From Octopus sinensis (lineage: Eukaryota): a stretch of 15,673 bases of DNA. The DNA lies in NCBI RefSeq assembly GCF_006345805.1, contig NW_021825280.1:1-15673 (forward strand). The letters run 5' to 3'. The position numbers and the translations under genes were made by a program. Each line of letters starts with the position of its first letter. Positions within the stretch are counted from its first letter, which is position 1. This document shows, in pieces, positions 9,280-15,673 of the stretch. A model generated the notes under the pieces. The model worked only from the letters and a program-made list of their open reading frames with translations, made no database searches and was not told the DNA's origin.

Positions 9280-10020
9280 ACAGATATGATTGTGGTATTG
9301 GTAGGAGTGATCCTGGTGTTGTGATTGTGGTTGTGGTTTTGCTGCAGGTTTTTTTTGATATTTTTTTTTGTAATATGATAATAGCGGTAGTGGTAGTAAC
9401 GAAAATGGTATTGGTGCTGGCGTTTGTGGTGGCTGTAATACTGGTTGTGGTTTTAGCTGTGATAGTGGGGATAGTGAGGATGGAGGTAGAAGTGGTAGTT
9501 TTCGGCAATGCTAGCTACAATGTTAGTTTTGGTAAAGATAATGACGATTTTGGTGGATGCGACGACGAAGGTGTTGGTAGGAGAAGTGTTATGATGAGAG
9601 GGAGTAGAGATGATTTTGATGGTGGTGGTGATGGTGATGGTTTTGACGGTTTTGCTGGTGATGGCAGTGGGGACCTAGTGGCGTTGATGACAGAGGTAGT
9701 AGTGTTAGTGGTGGCAGGGATGCTACTCGTTATTGTGGTGATGTTTTGATGGCCATAACGATGGAGGTGGTTGTAATGGCTGTGGTGTAGCATAACAATG
9801 GTAGCGGTTGTGTGATAGTAGTGGTGATGGTGGTTGTGAGTTGTGGTAGATGTGGTGATAGTGATGGTGGTGGGAGTGGGTTTGCTCTTGTTGATGGCTG
9901 TGGTGTTTCTTGCGATGGTGCTGGTAGTAGTGGTGATGGAAACGGTGGGGATTTTGCTGGTGTGGATGGCCATGATTTTGGTAGCGGTTGTTGTGTGGTT
10001 GATAGTGGTTGTCTAAGATG
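9280..10020. repeat. G/T-rich degenerate trinucleotide low-complexity region (GGT/GAT/GTA-like)
   Basis: Strong plus-strand G+T bias; produces poly-Val/Gly and poly-Thr/Pro ORFs in several frames at once. Confidence 0.85.
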
Positions 10021-10436
10021 GAAATATATAAAAAAAAAAGAACAAAAGAGAAGAAATAATAAGAACTCAGAGAGAGTGTGGAGGTAGAGAGAGAGAAGAG
10101 GTAGAATGCGAAAATATGGCGAAGTCACGTTATCACGAGAAGGCATTTGTGAGTAAATAGCGAAAATAAGAAGTAGGAAAAACAGGAAAAGACTAAAAGC
10201 GGAGACGAGAAAGGAAGTCATGGAAGGAAGAGGTAAAAACAACAACAACAACAACAACAAAAAAACACACCCTAAATAAGTGGGATAAGACTGTGTTTAT
10301 ATTCTAAATTACCTGTGTGTACTTTATTGATATGAAATAAACGACGAATAATATTATGCTCTATCATGGCAAGAAATACCACTCATGCCGCCATTTCAGG
10401 AGATCAAACAACAGAGAGATACGCGCTTATATCTGG

Positions 10437-10582
10437 TGTGTGTGTATATATTTGTGTGTGTCTGTCTGTCTGTCTGTACGTCTGTATGTATGTATGTATG
10501 TATGTATGTATGTATGTATGTATGTATGTATGTATGTATGTATGTATGTATGTATGTATGTATGTATGTGTGTGTGTGTATG
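10437..10582. repeat. (TG)n-(TGTC)n-(TATG)n-(TG)n compound microsatellite
   Basis: Directly visible. Confidence 0.96.
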
Positions 10583-10801
10583 CGCGCTTGTATATATTGG
10601 TGTGTGTTTTCTTTTTCTGAAGTTATATATAGCAACAGTCAAGCATTAAACTGAAAGATAAATCAATAGCTTTCATATTACAGACAATCATATTTATTTT
10701 AGTTTTTCAATAGAAAAAGTTAAGCAGTTACTTGGAAGATTCTTCCTAGTAACCTTCGTGAGATAGGTGGACGGAAGTTGCTAAGTCGAAACTTGTAAAA
10801 T

Positions 10802-10950
10802 CATATACATATATGCACACATAGATAGATAGATAGATTGATAGATAGATAGATAGATAGATACATACATACATACATACATACATACATGCATACATAC
10901 ATACATACATATAGAGATAAACGCATGTGTGTGTGTGTGTATGTATGCAT
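10802..10950. repeat. (GATA)n-(CATA)n-(TG)n compound microsatellite
   Basis: Directly visible. Confidence 0.95.
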
Positions 10951-11264
10951 GTCAAATGTTAGCCGAGTTAGAGGTTAAAACAACCGTCTAAGGGATAGAA
11001 GTATCCATTACACTAACGGTATATTACCTATGCTTCACCATAGGTATACATATCCAAACATATTATGCTCATAAATTATAGGTAAAGACAAGAGATGCAA
11101 TCTATTGGTATCAAATTATTAAATAAGAAATGATATGTCAATTGTTGTTCAATATTTCCCCATTTTCTCTTTTCTTGAAATTATGTATCTAAGTATGCAT
11201 GTGTGTAGATTAGTATGTTTTAGTTTATGTATGTCTTCTCATGCATATACTTGCATATCTAGAC

Positions 11265-11997
11265 TTAAATGATAAACTTCTGGAAAGTTTTACAGATATT
11301 TACAGTTCCAGTGATTGTTTGGACCTGTAGTCTTTGAATCAGCTTTCTCCTTTCTGGTTTTGGGAAGCTTAATTTCTCAAGATTGGTATTTAGGCAGTAT
11401 GTTACATATCGCAGTGCCCCAATAATTACAGGTATAAACCTGAACTTGTAATCTGGATAGAGTAACTGCAGATTTCTCAAAAGCTCAACGTAGGTATTCT
11501 CTTTTTCAGTGATCTTCAGCCTTATGTTGACATCCAACGGGCAGCTGATTTCCACAATTGTACACAGTTTCACTTTTCTATCCCAAATTACTATGCCAGG
11601 TCTATTGTTTTTACATTTTATTGAGGTTTTCACTTGGATATTCCACAAGTATTCCTTATTATGAATGGCTAAGGTTTCTACCATACTGTGGGTTCTTATT
11701 TCTTCTTTGTCCTCGGGGTTATCTGTCCGAAGGATCTCGTTATACCGTATCCTAGCTAATACATTATGTCTCATCAGTAGATAATACTTATGGTGTGGTC
11801 AACTGCTTATGATGTGGGTGATAACTTCGGCGTTAACTCCACAAAGCCTGCATCGGTTGCCACATTTTACTGCTTTTCCTGCATCTCTATCCCCTTTGTG
11901 CATTAGGTATTTGGTTGATATTTCCTGGATTGCAATCGCATAATCTGTTCCTGGATTGCAATCGTATAACCTGTCCCTGGATTGCAATCGCAAACCT
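11265..11997 (-). pseudogene. RLE-LINE ORF C-terminus (CCHC zinc knuckle plus PD-(D/E)xK-type endonuclease)
   Basis: AIQEISTKYL...CRLCGVNAEVITHIISS*PHHKYYLLMRHNVLA...NRPGIVIWD...CTIVEISCP...KENTY...FIPVIIGAL. The two track ORFs (11799-11993 and 11265-11774) are in the same frame, separated by one TGA at 11799-11801 where the last CCHC Cys is expected. RPGIV replaces the catalytic RPDIV. Confidence 0.88.
11924..11997. repeat. Three tandem 26-bp units inside the LINE remnant
   Basis: cctggattgcaatcg starts at 11924, 11950 and 11976. Confidence 0.95.
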
Positions 11998-12343
11998 TCA
12001 AACCAGATCGATCAGACTTCTGCCTGTCTCAGTTTTTTTAAAATTGATTTCAAACAGTAATGGAACCAAGACGTCAAAGTTAGGGTCACTATTAGCATAA
12101 CCTTTACCTTCAGAGAAAACATTTGCCTTTCAACTACATGTATATCCTGTACACACTTGCAAAGAAATCGAGATGCAGCGAGTACTCCTGTATTTTCAAG
12201 AGTACCCGAAGATGAACAATGAAGAGGAAGAAATATTCATGGTGTTGAAAGGGTTACATCGTCATATGCGGGTGTTTACATTTTAATGTATCTCTGTGTG
12301 ATGAACGCAGTGTCATGTCGTTGGAAAAGGTATCATAGCATAT

Positions 12344-12578
12344 CTTATTTCTTTACTACCCACAAGGGGCTACACACAGAAGGGACGGACAAGGACAGAC
12401 AAAGGGATTAAGTCGATTACATCTACCCCAGTGCGTAACCAGTACTTAATTTATCGACCCCGAAAGGGTGAAAGGCGAAGTCGACCTCGGCGGAATTTGA
12501 ACTCAGAACGTAACGGCAGACGAAATACTGCTGAGCATTTCGCTCGGCGTGCTAACGTTTCTGGCTGCTCGTCGCCTT
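12344..12578 (-). mobile_element. Full-length tRNA-derived octopus SINE with a 13-bp target-site duplication
   Basis: Minus strand aaggcgacgagcagccagaaacgttagcacgccgagcg...gttctgagttcaaattcc (B-box-like)...ggtcgacttcgcctttcaccctttcggggtcgataaattaagtac...gtagccccttgtgggtagtaaagaaataag. Flanked by tatcatagcatat at 12331-12343 and 12579-12591. Confidence 0.92.
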
Positions 12579-13164
12579 TATCATAGCATATGTGGCAAAC
12601 GAAAATCATACAAACCGAACAGAACTAGAGAGATGTGAGTATCCAGCGCCATCGACACATTATGATGGGGTTCCAGTAACGAATACCCAACGAGAAACTG
12701 CACGTTTCGTCCTTGTATTGGACTTGTCGGTCAATTACGGACATATTTACTTAATTATTTGAACCCTTGAGTAATATAAGAAATAACACCAATATGAATT
12801 GAGGAACAAGATAGTATATTTTAGAAAGTTCAGCATATCATTTAAGTATTTAATAAAAACCAGTTCTGTCATGAATACAAGGCATAACACTTTTGGATTT
12901 CTGCATATTCAGGCATTTCTCAAAGACACACCGACAGAAAGGACGGTAGAGGAATTGCATATCCAAGCGAGGAGCAAAGATTATTTGCCAAATGTTTTCG
13001 TCGACTGTGTAACTTTTGCTTCCATAAAAATGGCAGTTATGAAATATGTTGCGTTGAGTTTTCTTCTGCAATTCGATAATCTTACAATTTTAGATTTGTG
13101 GATGAATAATCTACTTAGCATGCATAGGTTGTAAGGCAAGTAGAAGAATATAAAGACGAATTTT

Positions 13165-13624
13165 ATATATGTACATGTTTGTGTATCTCTGTGTGTATGT
13201 ATAGAGAATAAGGGAGTGAAACAGAATGAAGAAAGAAAAATAGAAAGACAATGGCATAAGAGGGATGGAATCAGAAAGAGAAAGGCGAGAAGGAACTGAA
13301 CAGAGAAGTAGAATATATTTGTACCTGTACACATACACATACACACGCACACACACACAGACACAGACACACAAACAGACAGACAGACACACACACACAC
13401 ACAGACACACACACACACATACAACACATGTATATAAAGTAACTAAGAGTATCATCATTACAATGATATTGTGTATATATGTATATATATATATGTATAT
13501 ATGTATATATATGTAAATATATATATATATATATTTATATATATATTTATATATGAGCATATATATATGCATACATACAATGTATATACATTATACATAT
13601 ATACATATATATATACATATGCAT

Positions 13625-13660
<36 letters not shown>

Positions 13661-13700
13661 GTGTGCGTGTGTGTGTGTGTGTGTGTGCTTGTGTATGCAT
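13165..13700. repeat. Purine-rich, (CA)n, (TA)n and (TG)n simple repeats
   Basis: Directly visible. Confidence 0.88.
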
Positions 13701-13984
13701 ATTGCATAAAGAGTTTATACAATAATGACGAAGTAATAGGAGGAATAGTGAAGAAGGGAAGAAGAAGGGGAACGAAAAATGGTAAAGAATGACGTAGCCG
13801 GAGAGAAAGGAAGAAGGGGGAGTAGAAACACAGAAAAAAGAATGGCGATTCATAATAATGGAGAAGAAGACAATTGGAGAATGCCAAAGTAAAAATGTCA
13901 TGTGATCAGGTAAATGTCATGAAGTTGATTGACCCGGAACGGTATTACTAGATTACAATGACTCTGACCTTAGGTTACACGGTA

Positions 13985-14061
13985 TGCATATATATATAAT
14001 GTATGTATATGTATATATATATATATATACATATACATATACACACATACACACACACACA

Positions 14062-14107
<46 letters not shown>

Positions 14108-14140
14108 TACATACATATATGTGTGTGCGTGTGTGTATAC
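13985..14140. repeat. (TA)n/(CA)n/(TG)n microsatellite adjoining a SINE 3' half
   Basis: Directly visible. Confidence 0.9.
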
Positions 14141-14350
14141 GTTTGTGTGTCTGATTTTTTCTCCCAACATCACTTGATAACTGATGCTGGTTTGTTTACG
14201 CCCCCGTAACTTAGGGTTTGGCAAAATAGGCCGATAGAATAAGTACTAGGCCTACAAATAATAAGTCTGAGGACACCGATTGAAGACGGTGCTCCAGCAT
14301 GCCGCATTCAAACGACTGAAACAAGAAAAAGAATAAAGGAATGAAAGAAT
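14131..14350 (+). mobile_element. 3' half of the same SINE family as 4864-5295
   Basis: gtttgtgtgtctg...ccccgtaacttagggtttggcaaaataggccgatagaataagtactaggcctacaaataataagtc...ggtgctccagcatgccgcattcaaacgactgaaacaagaaaaagaataaagg. No head is recognisable upstream. Confidence 0.85.
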
Positions 14351-14362
14351 ATATAATATATA

Positions 14363-14408
<46 letters not shown>

Positions 14409-14427
14409 TTATATATTATATATATTA

Positions 14428-14481
<54 letters not shown>

Positions 14482-14618
14482 TGTTGAAATGGAAAGAGGA
14501 ATTTTCTTGTTGCAGATTATTCAAAAATTTAACCGATACCTGGGTAGCAAAAATCACACCATATATATATATATATACACATATACATATACATATACAT
14601 ATATATATATATATACAT
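14350..14618. repeat. (TA)n tracts flanking an ~80-bp cassette (14478-14560)
   Basis: Directly visible. Confidence 0.88.
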
Positions 14619-14638
14619 ACTATTGACAATCCAGTAAT

Positions 14639-14835
14639 TTATATAACGTAAATAATTATTAAAACCATAAACGTTTGAATTAATTTTTACAATCCAGCCG
14701 TCCTTTCGCACATAATTCCGTCTTTTTCTAAACCACGACCCAGAAGTGACTTTATATATAAGGGAACTGTGACTTTGTATATTAGAAACAATATGTTGGC
14801 CTTTTATGGTTTTTATAATTATTTATGTTATATAA
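14639..14835. mobile_element. MITE-like 197-bp element with 33-bp inverted termini
   Basis: ttatataacgtaaataattattaaaaccataaa (14639-14671) versus the reverse complement of 14803-14835 (ttatataacataaataattataaaaaccataaa): 31/33 identical. No ORF; the TSD is ambiguous in the TA-rich ends. Confidence 0.65.
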
Positions 14836-14852
14836 TATAACGTTATGTTATA

Positions 14853-14977
14853 GTAGCAGCATAACCTGGCCTTGCCCGGGATTAAGTTACGATTATTAAG
14901 TTAATCATGTTCTTTATTTCAAACCAAACTAAGTAATATCGACGTTAAATTTGGGCGAAATCCGTGGAAATTGGTTA
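14853..14977 (-). mobile_element. Helitron 3'-end remnant
   Basis: Plus strand agtagcagcataacctggccttgcccggg parallels actagcagtatcgctcggcgttgctcggg at the 6902 Helitron end (CTAG mutated to CTAC on the minus strand). The inner boundary is uncertain. Confidence 0.5.
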
Positions 14978-15110
14978 TATTATATATATATATATTATAT
15001 ATATATATATTAGATATATTATATATATTATATATATATATAATATAATATAATATATATATATGGGCAACAGACACGAACACACATACACACACGTACG
15101 TACGTACACC
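14976..15110. repeat. (TA)n and (CA)n simple repeats
   Basis: Directly visible. Confidence 0.88.
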
Positions 15111-15673
15111 TATTGCATGTTTTGTGCATGCATACATGTTCATAAACAGAAATGAATGGAAAAATGTTGTTAAATTTGTAGATTAACACTCGCACGATTT
15201 TCGCGAAGAAAAAAATCGTTTTTTTTTGCGTGGAATCAACTACTCTGGCATCCTAATATGCTACAAATCCTTTTTTTGTGGTCCTTGAAACGGAGTGAGT
15301 GCGGTGGAAGCCTCGGAAATTGTACCCATTTATATTGTGTAATTCACTGACAAATTGTAACTCAACTCTTTGTTTCTTTGTTGTTAAATACATGGATTCT
15401 CAAAAAAACACTTTTTTACTCGGCGTAAAATAAAAGCAAAACTCTTTCGCGCCCAAAGTATTGTGTGTGGTGAGAGAGAGGGGAGAGAAAGATAAGCGAT
15501 TTAAAATAAATAAATGATTTAAAATAAATATATTGCAATTGTTGTGTGAGAAAGTATATATACTATGATTATAAAATATAGTGTCTTTCAAAAATATCCT
15601 GAATTTGAACACTATATCTCGTGATTAAGAAAAAACAAAACATTTTACATTTTATTTTTTATGAACGCCGTCA

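Larger units (their letters stand above)
11165..11997 (-). mobile_element. 5'-truncated R4/Dong-like non-LTR retrotransposon with a restriction-like endonuclease (RLE)
   Basis: Coding remnant at 11265-11997 plus a probable 3' UTR (boundary approximate). See the pseudogene entry for motifs. Confidence 0.85.

Noticed and set aside
8636-10260. Long 290-, 152-, 176- and 142-aa low-complexity ORFs as real genes
   Set aside because: They run through pure microsatellites and overlap on both strands; stop-free frames are expected from triplet repeats.
11924-11997. CRISPR-like array
   Set aside because: Only three units, the spacers are short and mutually homologous, and it lies in a eukaryotic LINE.
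12101-12286. Plus-strand 62-codon open frame after a good acceptor (ctttaccttcag at 12113)
   Set aside because: No recognisable homology or convincing in-frame donor; all three frames are similarly plausible.
7185-12659. Shared 13-mer cgccatcgacaca at about 7185 and 12647
   Set aside because: One 13-bp match is about what chance gives in a 15-kb self-comparison, and it does not extend.
12799-13134. 111-aa ORF and the overlapping 73-aa antisense ORF
   Set aside because: No motif recognised and weak splice signals; compatible with chance.
15240-15330. GVSAVEASEI resembling a mariner N-terminal HTH
   Set aside because: Too short and frameshifted, with no downstream transposase motifs in the window.
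15579-15618. Hairpin tatagtg...ttcaaa / tttgaa...cactata
   Set aside because: Short, bulged and AT-rich; not distinguishable from background.

Overview
AT-rich eukaryotic non-coding DNA, probably intronic or intergenic. The SINE, Helitron and microsatellite families look like those of an octopod cephalopod; this is inferred from recalled repeat families, not from a search. I recognise no intact host gene, RNA gene or CRISPR array, and most ORFs in the supplied track are microsatellite translations. The window is a patchwork of dead or non-autonomous mobile elements in dense simple repeats. These are a mariner transposase pseudogene with its right TIR (1-1013), an L1/Tx1-like LINE 3' fragment (3486-3920), an R4/Dong-like RLE LINE 3' fragment (minus, about 11165-11997), five SINE or SINE-like copies (one with a 13-bp TSD), a complete 512-bp non-autonomous Helitron (6902-7413), a second Helitron 3' end, a MITE-like TIR element and a 313-bp tandem dimer. 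The observations most worth a second look are a 37-bp hairpin stem whose transitions all form G-U pairs on the plus strand (1413-1492), a 26-nt motif resembling Agrobacterium T-DNA borders (4728-4753; chance not excluded), and several fold-back cassettes sitting in (TA)n tracts. The sequence alone does not support a new biological system.
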